Position numbers and translations under genes: made by a program | The notes under the pieces: model-generated | Told to the model about the DNA's origin: nothing | Database searches by the model: none | What the model saw: only the letters and a program-made list of their open reading frames with translations | Part shown: positions 49,650 through 59,582 of the stretch, in pieces | Numbering within the stretch: the first letter of the stretch is position 1 | Layout of the letters: every line of letters starts with the position of its first letter | Origin: an uncultured virus (IMG/VR IMGVR_UViG_3300031998_000047) | Lineage: Duplodnaviria > Heunggongvirae > Uroviricota > Caudoviricetes | IMG/VR virus record: IMGVR_UViG_3300031998_000047 | Length of the DNA stretch: 64,000 bases | Reading direction: 5' to 3' (one strand)

Positions 49650-49777
49650 AATCTTTATATTTGTTTAATTAACTATTCATAATATTTTGTTTTAATTGTT
49701 TTCAAGCCCATAGAAAGCGTTTTGCTGCATAGGTGGGTAATTATCCCACAATATACGCAAAATGCCGTTAGAAAGCC

Positions 49778-50020
49778 TCAGATACGGTCGGCCTCATCAA
49801 TCCAATAATCAGCCACGAATTTCCCGCTTTCGGTCTTGACCTTTTGCGAGTTGATTTTGTAACCCTGCTTTTTCAAGTCAAAGATTACGGCTGAAAGACG
49901 GAGGCTACCGAACTTGTTAAGAGCCTCAAGTGGTGTAATGTGGTTGCCAGCCATAAGATAGTTGGCGATTTGCGCCCTCTGCGTGTTGGCAGATTCTGGA
50001 TTCCAATTGGGTTGTGCCAT
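49778..50020 (-). CDS. Winged-helix protein (HTH_39-like)
   Basis: ITPLEAL..FGSLRLSAVIFDLK..GY.I motif. Confidence 0.7.
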   Translation of the reverse strand: MAQPNWNPESANTQRAQIANYLMAGNHITPLEALNKFGSLRLSAVIFDLKKQGYKINSQKVKTESGKFVADYWIDEADRI

Positions 50021-50026
50021 AGCTTT

Positions 50027-50986
50027 TTAATTTTGATTGTTGTTATTGTTGTTTACATAAACTTGATAGGCCACATGGTCTGCGGTCTTCTCAATTTCCT
50101 TAATGTTCACGATGTGATAGTCGGTGTTCAGATTCAAGAGTACAAACAGTCGTGATACAAGCTCAATGCTGTTTATTACTGAATTGCCGTTACCGCCGCT
50201 GGTGTTACCGTCGAGCATCGGCACGCCGTTGACATCATTCAAGAAAAGGACGACATCACCATCCTTGTTACGCATGAGGGCTGCATATTCGTAGCCGCCA
50301 CGCTCACGGAACTCTTTGGATAGTGGCATGTTGAACGTTATAGTGCTTCTCTTGTTTCGGCGGTTGATACTAATTTCGTCCTTTTTCAGTTGGCGTCGGG
50401 GTGTAATGTCGACGAACATAAAATCGTCCAAAACGCCGCCACCGTCGGACATCGCATCCGCTTTCCTTGATGCTTCTTTCTCGGCAGAAAAGTCGCGGTT
50501 AAGGATTTCGTCCTTTGTGCTTTCGCGAAGATATTCCTCGGATAGCTTCGTAGGCGTGGCAGTAGGCTCTTTGTCCTCTTCGCCGATAAGCTTCAAGTTA
50601 ATACCCAAGCGGATAGCCGCCGTTAATCGGCTTTCCAGCTTCCAATGCTTTGCCGCATCCCAATTCGTGCGCAGGATTTTTGACATGCCTTGCAGCTTGT
50701 ACCATTCATCAGATGTGTAGTTGTTTTCGTTGGTTGCAAGAAACTCCATCCAAAACAGCTGCATCTGAGTCCAATAGTCATAGCCATAGTTCATGTTGGC
50801 TACCCAATAGAACGCCTTGGTGCATACTTCCGTTTCGGGAACTTTGAAGAGGAACTCCTCGACGCTAATCGGGTTAGCCTTGAGGTGATACCTGCGGTAC
50901 AGATTGATGTAAATCGTTACCATACCCTTGCCTTCAATAAAGTGCTTGAAAAGCGCAACTTGAAAAGGTGTCATAAATTTCTGCAC
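50027..50986 (-). CDS. Hypothetical protein
   Basis: About 315 aa. Confidence 0.55.
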   Translation of the reverse strand: MQKFMTPFQVALFKHFIEGKGMVTIYINLYRRYHLKANPISVEEFLFKVPETEVCTKAFYWVANMNYGYDYWTQMQLFWMEFLATNENNYTSDEWYKLQGMSKILRTNWDAAKHWKLESRLTAAIRLGINLKLIGEEDKEPTATPTKLSEEYLRESTKDEILNRDFSAEKEASRKADAMSDGGGVLDDFMFVDITPRRQLKKDEISINRRNKRSTITFNMPLSKEFRERGGYEYAALMRNKDGDVVLFLNDVNGVPMLDGNTSGGNGNSVINSIELVSRLFVLLNLNTDYHIVNIKEIEKTADHVAYQVYVNNNNNNQN

Positions 50987-51049
50987 TTTTACGTGTCGTG
51001 CTAACTTCTAATAAAACATGTTTTGTTTATAATAAAGTGATAAAAGCGT

Positions 51050-51496
51050 TTAGCCGTAGATTTCCTCGCCGAACAAAATCCATTGCACAAGCGATTCTGC
51101 CTGTGATTGGTCAAAGTCACTATCCTCGTTCATAAGATTACATACGTACTTAGCAGGCCAATCACCGTAATTCATAGCCTTTTCAAGTCCGCGTTTGATG
51201 TCGGCAAGCGTAACGGTGTAGTCCATTGTTTCTGCGCTCTTATCCCACGCATAAGGCAACGTACCATAGTGGTCTTCCTCATCCTCGGCGTTCATGTCGT
51301 AAAGTGTAATCGAAAAGCCGTGCAAAAGAATCTTTGCAGCCTTGTCTTCGATACAGTCATCTTCCGATGGCTCGCTATTTTGGTACTCGGTTTTGTTGTA
51401 CGTTATCCCAAGCCAAGACGAGCCATAGAGTGCCGTGCTTAACAAATTAACCAAATCCTCGTTGTTAATGTCGCTAATTGTGGTCTTTGTTTTCAT
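51050..51496 (-). CDS. Hypothetical acidic protein
   Basis: Ends Q.ILFGEEIYG. Confidence 0.55.
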   Translation of the reverse strand: MKTKTTISDINNEDLVNLLSTALYGSSWLGITYNKTEYQNSEPSEDDCIEDKAAKILLHGFSITLYDMNAEDEEDHYGTLPYAWDKSAETMDYTVTLADIKRGLEKAMNYGDWPAKYVCNLMNEDSDFDQSQAESLVQWILFGEEIYG

Positions 51497-51521
51497 TTTG
51501 TTTTATTGATTAAGTTAAATA

Positions 51522-52151
51522 TTACCAAAAATAACTACTACGTCTTTCACGTTCACGCATAGCACGTAAATGGTCGCGCATCCAGCTGTTCATCCAGCCG
51601 TCCTTCGGTTTTCGGCATTTCCAACGCTGGTGCAACTTTGCCATATCAACGAGATTGTCAGTTGAAATTGTTGGCCAAATGTCGAAATAAATGGTGTCGT
51701 ACATTTCGCCTTTCTTTGGCTTGTATTCAAGAATATCCTCACAACGTATTTCAAGCGGCAAATCTTTATACCTGTCGCCTACCAAGTCTATAACGTCTTG
51801 ATACTTTTCATAAACCACAATACTTGTAACGATACCCTTTTCGCATTTGTCGCGTAGGTTTTCAAGAATAAGTCCGATACCAAGTCCTGCAATCATTACG
51901 CGGCCTTTTGCGTTTTTTACAAATTCCGTGTTTGTACGCTTTTCCATATCCGTGTCTGACATCATCAGTTGACCGTCAACAATAAGTTTGACGTATTCGC
52001 ATTTATTCACACGCATAAACCAAGGCTCGCGATTAAACAACGCGCCAAGGTTTGCCATCTTTGCATGTTCTTCGTCAATCGAAAAACGCACTACCGTTGC
52101 CACACCCTTTGTTTCTTCCTTGTGTGGATAATGGTTTATAACTCCGTTCAT
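51522..52151 (-). CDS. Class I SAM-dependent methyltransferase (spermidine-synthase-like fold)
   Basis: MMSDT..E, VMIAGLGIG, VYEK..DVI and YD.IYFDIW motifs. Confidence 0.75.
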   Translation of the reverse strand: MNGVINHYPHKEETKGVATVVRFSIDEEHAKMANLGALFNREPWFMRVNKCEYVKLIVDGQLMMSDTDMEKRTNTEFVKNAKGRVMIAGLGIGLILENLRDKCEKGIVTSIVVYEKYQDVIDLVGDRYKDLPLEIRCEDILEYKPKKGEMYDTIYFDIWPTISTDNLVDMAKLHQRWKCRKPKDGWMNSWMRDHLRAMRERERRSSYFW

Positions 52152-52386
52152 GTTTATTTTGTTTTTAGTTTGTTTACGTTTTCAATAAGCCTTTCTTTTA
52201 ACTCGTCATAACGAGCACTATCCCAATAGATGTCTGACCACAACGGCCATCTCGTATTACCAAGCATTAAAGCGGTTTCATGGATAAGGCAAGACAAACC
52301 GCATTTGTCCTCTGCTTTACCTTTGTACCTTACACGCGGCTTTGAAAAATCCAATGCCGCAATATCAATACCTTTTGCCATAGTTG

Positions 52387-53202
52387 TTACTCGTTATTAG
52401 TTGATGAATATTTTTCTGCAGACTTTCGCAGGTTTCCGATATACGAAGCCAACTTGACTTGCATCTGTCGGCTTTCAATATCCGAAAAATCCCATTTAAC
52501 AAATAGTGTCTGGTCGAGTTCTTTGTAGTCTTTCATCATCAAAAGAACCTTTTGCCTTATACCGTCCTTTGTCGTTATGTCATCCCACAACCACTCGTTT
52601 ACTTCTCCTTGTGTAGCATCAGGAAAGATGTTACGCAAAACCTTCAAAAACATTTGTATATCTCTCGATTCAAAGTGCCGTCTGTTCTTTGTTGCTCCTC
52701 TTTGCATATTTTCCTTGTTAAGTTGTTCCTTTGTCTTTGATTCGTAAGCGTCACGCCATGCGTCCGATGCGCCACCAGTAACCTCGCCGCGCTCTTTCTT
52801 TGCGGCCAATGCCTTGCGTGTGCGGTCACTTGTCAACTCACGCTCATATTGCGCCACCGATGCAAACACGCCAAGAAGTAACGTGTTGATTTGCGGCATG
52901 TCGCAAAAGTGTATCTCTATCCCCGTGTTCACCACACGAAAACAGAACTCAACGTCACGCGCCAAGCGGTCAAGTTTTGCAATAACCAAGGCGCAGCAGT
53001 TACGCTTGCAGTATTCGATAGCCTCGGCCAGCCCTTTGCGGTCACGGTGAGTACCGCTTTCCACGTCTTTGAACTCGCCCACTTTTACGCCGTCATTCGA
53101 CTTGATAAAATCCTCACAAATCTTGCGCTGACTTTCCAAGCCCAAACCGCTTGCGCCCTGCTTTGCCGTTGACACACGGATATAAATTGCATAGTCTTTC
53201 AT
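52387..53202 (-). CDS. Serine recombinase (resolvase/invertase family)
   Basis: YIRVST..Q, DVESG, AKLDRLAR and E...TS.RT..AL motifs; start MKDY at 53202. Confidence 0.9.
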   Translation of the reverse strand: MKDYAIYIRVSTAKQGASGLGLESQRKICEDFIKSNDGVKVGEFKDVESGTHRDRKGLAEAIEYCKRNCCALVIAKLDRLARDVEFCFRVVNTGIEIHFCDMPQINTLLLGVFASVAQYERELTSDRTRKALAAKKERGEVTGGASDAWRDAYESKTKEQLNKENMQRGATKNRRHFESRDIQMFLKVLRNIFPDATQGEVNEWLWDDITTKDGIRQKVLLMMKDYKELDQTLFVKWDFSDIESRQMQVKLASYIGNLRKSAEKYSSTNNE

Positions 53203-53206
53203 AACC

Positions 53207-56200
53207 TTACACGTCTTTAGATTCACGATAATAAATAATAATATGGCTACATTTGCGCCGTACCTTGATACGTACCTCTGTCGAGCCCGTGCAGTCATAT
53301 TCACAATGGGCATAGTCACAAGAGTAGTCGCCTTTAAATTCAAGTGCTCTCCACCATGTGCGTTTTGTGTACTTTACAATACACTTACCCTCTAATATAT
53401 CCCAATAAAGCGCGTCCTCATCTGTAATCCTAAACTTGAACCCGCCACGCACGAAGTCATAAACCTGCTTGCGTCTTTGTTTCTTATACTTTTTCATTTT
53501 GATTTACCCTCTTGAAAATCCCTTTGCTTATAAATCTTATCTAACGTCTCGCCAAGATTAACACTCGCCTTATGGCTTTCTTTGTCGCCAGTAATGCGGT
53601 AAGCCTCTTCACATGTATGCTTTTGCACCTCCATTGCCGCCGTGATTCTTATTAAATCATCGCGGGTAATGTGTAGCGTATAAGCCATTTTTGCTGCCAT
53701 AGTTATTCCTCCTCGTCTTTAATGATTTCGATACATTCCTCCGTAAGCCCGTCAATTTCGTTATAAACCTCTACTGGCGCATTGAGTGTAAATACGCGGT
53801 CATCAAACCAACCTTGCTCCCATTTCGTAATGTAAGCCGAATAAGCCAAAGTGAAGGCCAAGATGTTACAGCCTATCACGTTTACTCTAAATGTCTTCAT
53901 AAACAATTCACTTTTAAGTTAAACTTCTTTTTCTTGTGGCGGTAGCCGTTTCCTCCACGGCTACAAAGGTTTTATTTATACCGCCTAACCACCCGCCAAG
54001 CCCGTAGGCAGGAATCAACAACAACACAAGACGAGATATGCCCGCCCCGATTAATTGTTAGTTTTCGTTCTTGTCGCTGTGGGTTTCATCGGCCATTTTC
54101 TTCACGCCAGCAACCAGCTTGGCATAAAGGATATTCAGCCGCATGACCTCCTCAACATCTTTCATGTCCTCGACACTTTCAGACAGAATCTTTGCCGCAA
54201 AACCTACAGACGCTGTGATACGCTGCATATCATCCTGCGTCAATGCTACACCAAAAACCATAGTTTTTGAAATTTAAATTGTTAATAACTTGATTTACTT
54301 ACCGCCGATTTTGAATATCGAACCACTCAAAATCATTCCCAAGACTCCTAAAAAGATAAGAAACTCCATACGATATAAAGATTTAAATTTGGGTTAATAA
54401 CTGAAGAATTTCATTTAGTTGGTCATTCTCCTGCATAAGACCGTTGCGGGCTGCGTTATTCGTTATCATGTCTAACGCCTCACGATTGACCTTGATTTTC
54501 TTGAGTACGCTTTCGCCTACCAAATCAAGCTGCTGTTTGTTTAGTTTCAGATATTCCATAGCTGTTACTTATTAAAGTAGTTCAATACATCACTCCACGA
54601 ACCATTAACTACGGGGGTATCAAATCCTACGTTACGGTCGTATATTTCCCAATGAGCATTTCTGCATCCGTGACTGCCTTTTTCAAGATGTTGGCAGCAG
54701 AACAGAACATCGCCGCTTTCCATGTCACAGATTGAGAATTGGTCGTACAATTTACCCACCGTCGGGCAATTGTTCTTAAAGAATACATACGTCTTGTCTG
54801 CATCAAAACGCCTGCTATCCTTGATTGCCACCACATTGCGGCCAAGACGCTGCGTCTTTTCGGCCAAAGATGAATCCTTGCAGAACCAGTCATACCATCC
54901 TGCCTCAATCTGAACGTTTCTAAAAGGACGGTCGAAGTCGCCATTGAGAAAACGTTCAACAAACTTTGTGATAGTCATATTTTCCATATCAAGCCCTTTC
55001 TATTTTTCAATTGTTTCATACTCGACGATTTCCTTACACTTGTTGCAATAGCACTCTTCCTCGTCTTCTTCCACGACCTTGTTGTTCTTGGGATTTACCC
55101 ACGCATGTACGAGAATATCGTCAGAACCGCACACGCTGCAAATATACTTTTTCATAATTAAGCACGTTTTATTAATTATATATATTAATTATTATATACG
55201 CGTCACCCGCGCACGTTAAAGATTATTTGCGCTCTTACATTCATTATAGAACGACAGACAGGCTTGTTTATAAGTATATCCGTAGACCTTAACCCTGTCT
55301 TCAACATCAATGTTTTTTATTCGGTCGTATGCCAACGAGTTGTGCGAGGTGCAAGAATATAACTTGCCTCTATACTCGATGGTTATTTTATACGTTCCGT
55401 ACCCCTTCCACTGGATAGTTATACGGTCTATAAATTCCTGTATAGTCATTTCACAAACAATTAAAGTAAGACAATATCTTCAGATTACTCATCCAAAAAG
55501 ACTTCCATATATCGGGGAACACATCGCCCGAAACATAAAGCATAGCCGCCCACAGCAGGCCAGCCATAGAATACCAGCCCCCGCCACAGATAAGAAGCAC
55601 AGCCACCGTCAATGCAGCCGTACAAACCAAATAGATAAACACTAACTTTGCCATCTTGATGCCCTCCTTGATACTGATTTGTTGATACTCTTTATTTTCT
55701 TGCACTCCATGATGTATGTTTTGCGACACGCACCAATCATAAAGAAGATGAATGTTTGTGCATTTGAATTTGCGCACGAAACGCTTCACAATATTCATGT
55801 CAATTGTCACGTACCCGTACTCGTTGTTAAAGTCGGATAGTATCTTTTCGTAATCGTATTTTTTAGCCATAATAATAAATCTTTTTAGTTCTACCTTATA
55901 AAGTGGCCACCAACGTAAACGGATAACGTCAGCGGCCACGTAAACAAATTTAATAAAAGGGATTTAATAAATATCTACAGTCATTTGTTTGTAGGGATAA
56001 CCGTCTGTAACTTTGTTTAATGTTTCGGCAATGGAAAACCAAAACTTTTGCAACTTGTCGGCCAAGTCTTTCTCGTCTTTCCACGCTTGCCTTCTAAACC
56101 ATTTGCCACCCACAAACTGATGAGCCTTTTTTATTGAACACATAGCAAGATAACTCGTCTGCTGGTCGTGCCTTGTTAGGTATATATGACCACAACGAAA

Positions 56201-57111
56201 GACCTCCACGGAATGCTCGCGGAGGTTTATCTTGAAATCTACAAAGACGGAATTATCTGAAATATGGTGAGGCCAGTCCGTCTTGTCTAAAGCGTCAAGG
56301 CGCACAAATTGCATCTCGGGGCAAAACGTACCAAAGTCTCCCAAGATATTGCACCCGTTCAAATCCGTATTAAGCAAGGCCGAAACGATTGCAAGATACG
56401 CGGCTTTGAAATGTACGCAGTCTCTTTCGTGCTTGTTCAAGTCCTCACGGCTATTAAAAACCTCGGTTAATACCGTGCTGTGTTTTTTCTCAAAAGTTTC
56501 CATAATTACGCCTTTTTAATTGTTTCTATAATGTCATTTATTACGGCCAAGTCTGTTGCTGACTGGTAGCCGCCTGAGTAAGAGATATGCGAGCAAATAA
56601 ATCGCTTTATCGGCAAATCAAGTTCTCGCACAATGTGGCCGCGTCTTGTCGGCTTGTAAGTTTCGCGCTCACTGCTGTCCATTTTGCGGGTAGAATTTAC
56701 AAAATACTTTTCAAGCATTTCCTCGCCGTCAATCTTTAGCCCTATTTCGTAATTATTGCCACCGTGCAACCATTCAACACGCAAAAGGGTAAAAGATGAA
56801 CGAAAGCCACGCTCAGCCCTTACGTGATACAATCCGCGCACAGTGCCACGTGGATTTGTTGCGCTTGCGTCCAGTGGTTGTTCCGTGTCCGCGTCAAAGG
56901 CACACAACAAACACGCGGCCTCATGTGGTGTAATGTGGTCAACACTTAAACCGTACTGACCCTCACCCCTTGCGATAATCCGCAAACCGTCACCGCGTAA
57001 CATATCCAACACCTGAAAATGAATACCGAAACGCTCCTCCATTTCGTTTTCAACCTTGGCCATTTCCAACTTCTTTGCAAAATCAGCCTTCATTTTTTCT
57101 AAATCCTTCAT
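53207..57111 (-). other. Cluster of small early hypothetical ORFs
   Basis: ORFs at 53207, 53494, 53703, 54058, 54565, 55216, 55451, 55964 and 56506, tightly packed on the same strand. Confidence 0.6.
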
Positions 57112-57244
57112 AATTAAACCCTTTCTTTATTTGTTCGTTAAACTTAAACATCATTTATTTGTCTTTGTGGGTGCAAAGGTCTCGCTCCTTTGTGCCGTGC
57201 CTTGAAACACGTCCGCACCCTAAACACGGAAAAGGGAGGCCATG

Positions 57245-58057
57245 TTATTTGCCTCCCAATATCATCTCCACAATACCATTCACATCTTTGCTCCTCATTG
57301 TGTAATAAGATAGCGTTCTGGCATTGCGTACACCACAAGCCTTCAAAAGGCCGTCAGCACATCTATACGCGTGTCCGTAACTATTCACAAATGCCTTGTG
57401 AACACATGGCAATATTTCCGTAAATCTAAACGAATGGCGGCGTAACATTGCAGGATTTGTCAACGGATAAGCGGCCTTCAAAACGTCGAGGTGCTGTCCG
57501 CTTGACTTGATACGCAAGAGCCAACCTATAATCTGGCCTGACTTTTCGCTTATGTCGCAGACGTAGAGGTTGATGCGTACGCCATTTGCCTCGCACCTCA
57601 TGATGGCCGTCAACATCTTAATGGCCACGTCTTCCATATCCTTTGCACCGACTGAACCACTTACGCTGACATTATAGACAAGGTTGAGAACCTTTTGTTT
57701 TTGCCGTATCATTCGGGCGTTTACCATTGTAGTAGGCACACCTGCAATATAATTGGGTACATGTGGCATGACTCCCGTAACATCGCAGAATAATTTGCGG
57801 CGATTTGCGTCAAGCTTCAACATTTTGCGCTCCTTTGCAACGCCTCCCTTTTCTATCTTGCTGGCGTTCTTTTCGTCACCATTCAACAACAAGTCCTCGG
57901 CCTCTTGATATGTCTTTGTGCCGTAAAAATCGCTGTCGTATGATGTTTCACGCTTGCTTTCCTCGCGGCCTACAAAGTTAGGCTGCGTCTGTCCTTTGTC
58001 AACGTATGAATGAAAAGCGGACAAAGACTCGAATTTTTTATATATTTCCCGTGCCAT
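57245..58057 (-). CDS. vWA-like partner protein (CobT-like)
   Basis: G..P.VP..IAG.P..M motif; degenerate MIDAS NVSVSG; follows the AAA+ gene. Confidence 0.55.
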   Translation of the reverse strand: MAREIYKKFESLSAFHSYVDKGQTQPNFVGREESKRETSYDSDFYGTKTYQEAEDLLLNGDEKNASKIEKGGVAKERKMLKLDANRRKLFCDVTGVMPHVPNYIAGVPTTMVNARMIRQKQKVLNLVYNVSVSGSVGAKDMEDVAIKMLTAIMRCEANGVRINLYVCDISEKSGQIIGWLLRIKSSGQHLDVLKAAYPLTNPAMLRRHSFRFTEILPCVHKAFVNSYGHAYRCADGLLKACGVRNARTLSYYTMRSKDVNGIVEMILGGK

Positions 58058-58178
58058 AATATTAAACGTGTTTTAATTGTCTTTTATTCGTTGTTCTCGT
58101 GCCGTCTGTCGGCGTTAATTGTGGCCTGTGGTATTGTGTATCCGTGCCACAATTGAAACGCCTTGAAACGTCTTTTAT

Positions 58179-59582
58179 TTAAGCCTCCTCGAACAGGCTG
58201 GCCATTGCCTTCGCCCACTTGTTACTCTTGTTTTCGAGGTAGTTGTAAAGTATGCGTATTTCGTCAAGTTCCAACTCTTTGAAAATACCTCCAATAATCA
58301 AGTCCTTCAAGCCCCATGCCTCTTGCATGTCTTTGTCGGCCAAAGTTTGGATGCTGCGGTATGATACGCAAAGGGTAATCTGCGCTGCCGTCTTTGCATG
58401 ACGGAGGTCACGGCAGAAATTAGCGATTGAAACGTCATCACCTGCAAGCATGTCCTCGATTTCCTTTGTGTAATCTACATTAGTAAAGAAAAAGCGGTTT
58501 TTCGTGCTTGCGTCCTGAACGCTGCGAGCCGTGTACTCGATGTCTGCGCCTGTCATCTTTGTGTTACCAGCGGCGATAACACGGAAGTCGGGATGAGCCT
58601 CCACGTTGCCTACAACGGGGAAATCAAAACGGCGGTTAGCGATAGCGGTATTTAATACCACAAGAGCTTCGGGCTGTGATGCGTCTATCTCATCCAAAAA
58701 GAACAGACCGCCATTAGTGAAGGCCTTAAAGAATGGTGTCGGTACGAAATTGCCGCCCGCGTCACCATAGCCCTTCATCTCGTGGGCAAACAATACCTGC
58801 TGCGACTCGTAAAAGTCAAGCCCTAAAGCTTCGGCCACTTGTTTTGCCGTGTGCGATTTGCCCGTACCCGCGTCACCATACATATAAAGCGGGTAGCCCT
58901 TTGTAATAGTGGTACAAATGGCCTTAAACTTTGCCGTAACTTTGCCCGTCACCGTGTGCGATTCGTTGTTAATCGTTATTGTGCCATAGTTTGCAACCGT
59001 TGGCTTCACGTCTTTCATCATGTCGGCGCAAATACGTTTAACGTCTTTTTCGTCAACGGTTGAAGGTTGAATCTTTGCGACTTTACAAACGGCCTCAAAT
59101 ATATCCGCGCCCATTGTGCCGTACTTTGCAAGCATCTCGGCCTTCATGCCGTCAATACTTGCACCGTCCTCCGAATTGCCAACGGAGGCCTTCATGCCAC
59201 GCTTTTTCTTTGGCTTTTCAACGGGCTCCTCGGTTGCAACCTCCGCAACGATTTCGGCCTCCTCTACAACGGGCTCCTCAACGGCCAAAGGTGCAACGAT
59301 TTCGGCGGCATTGTCTTCAACAACCGTTTCAACGTCAACGGCGGGAATGACGGGCTTAGTGCCACGCTTTTTTGACCCGTCTTTAACGTACCAATCGCCA
59401 ACGGTTGCAAAGATAGAAGACCCGTCCTCATCCTTTGCCTCCTCTTGAATCATGTGCGCATACTTTGCCATGAAACGCTCGCCACGTTTGCCGTCGCTTT
59501 GTACTTTGCCATCGGCGTTAATGAAAAGGTCAAACACGCTAATTTCTTCGTTTGTTGACTTGTTTACAAAAATAGTTTTCAT
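58179..59582 (-). CDS. MoxR/CobS-like AAA+ ATPase
   Basis: GDAGTGKS, FFLDEID, HPDFRVIAAGNT, D.ST.NRF and VSYR motifs. Confidence 0.85.
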   Translation of the reverse strand: MKTIFVNKSTNEEISVFDLFINADGKVQSDGKRGERFMAKYAHMIQEEAKDEDGSSIFATVGDWYVKDGSKKRGTKPVIPAVDVETVVEDNAAEIVAPLAVEEPVVEEAEIVAEVATEEPVEKPKKKRGMKASVGNSEDGASIDGMKAEMLAKYGTMGADIFEAVCKVAKIQPSTVDEKDVKRICADMMKDVKPTVANYGTITINNESHTVTGKVTAKFKAICTTITKGYPLYMYGDAGTGKSHTAKQVAEALGLDFYESQQVLFAHEMKGYGDAGGNFVPTPFFKAFTNGGLFFLDEIDASQPEALVVLNTAIANRRFDFPVVGNVEAHPDFRVIAAGNTKMTGADIEYTARSVQDASTKNRFFFTNVDYTKEIEDMLAGDDVSIANFCRDLRHAKTAAQITLCVSYRSIQTLADKDMQEAWGLKDLIIGGIFKELELDEIRILYNYLENKSNKWAKAMASLFEEA

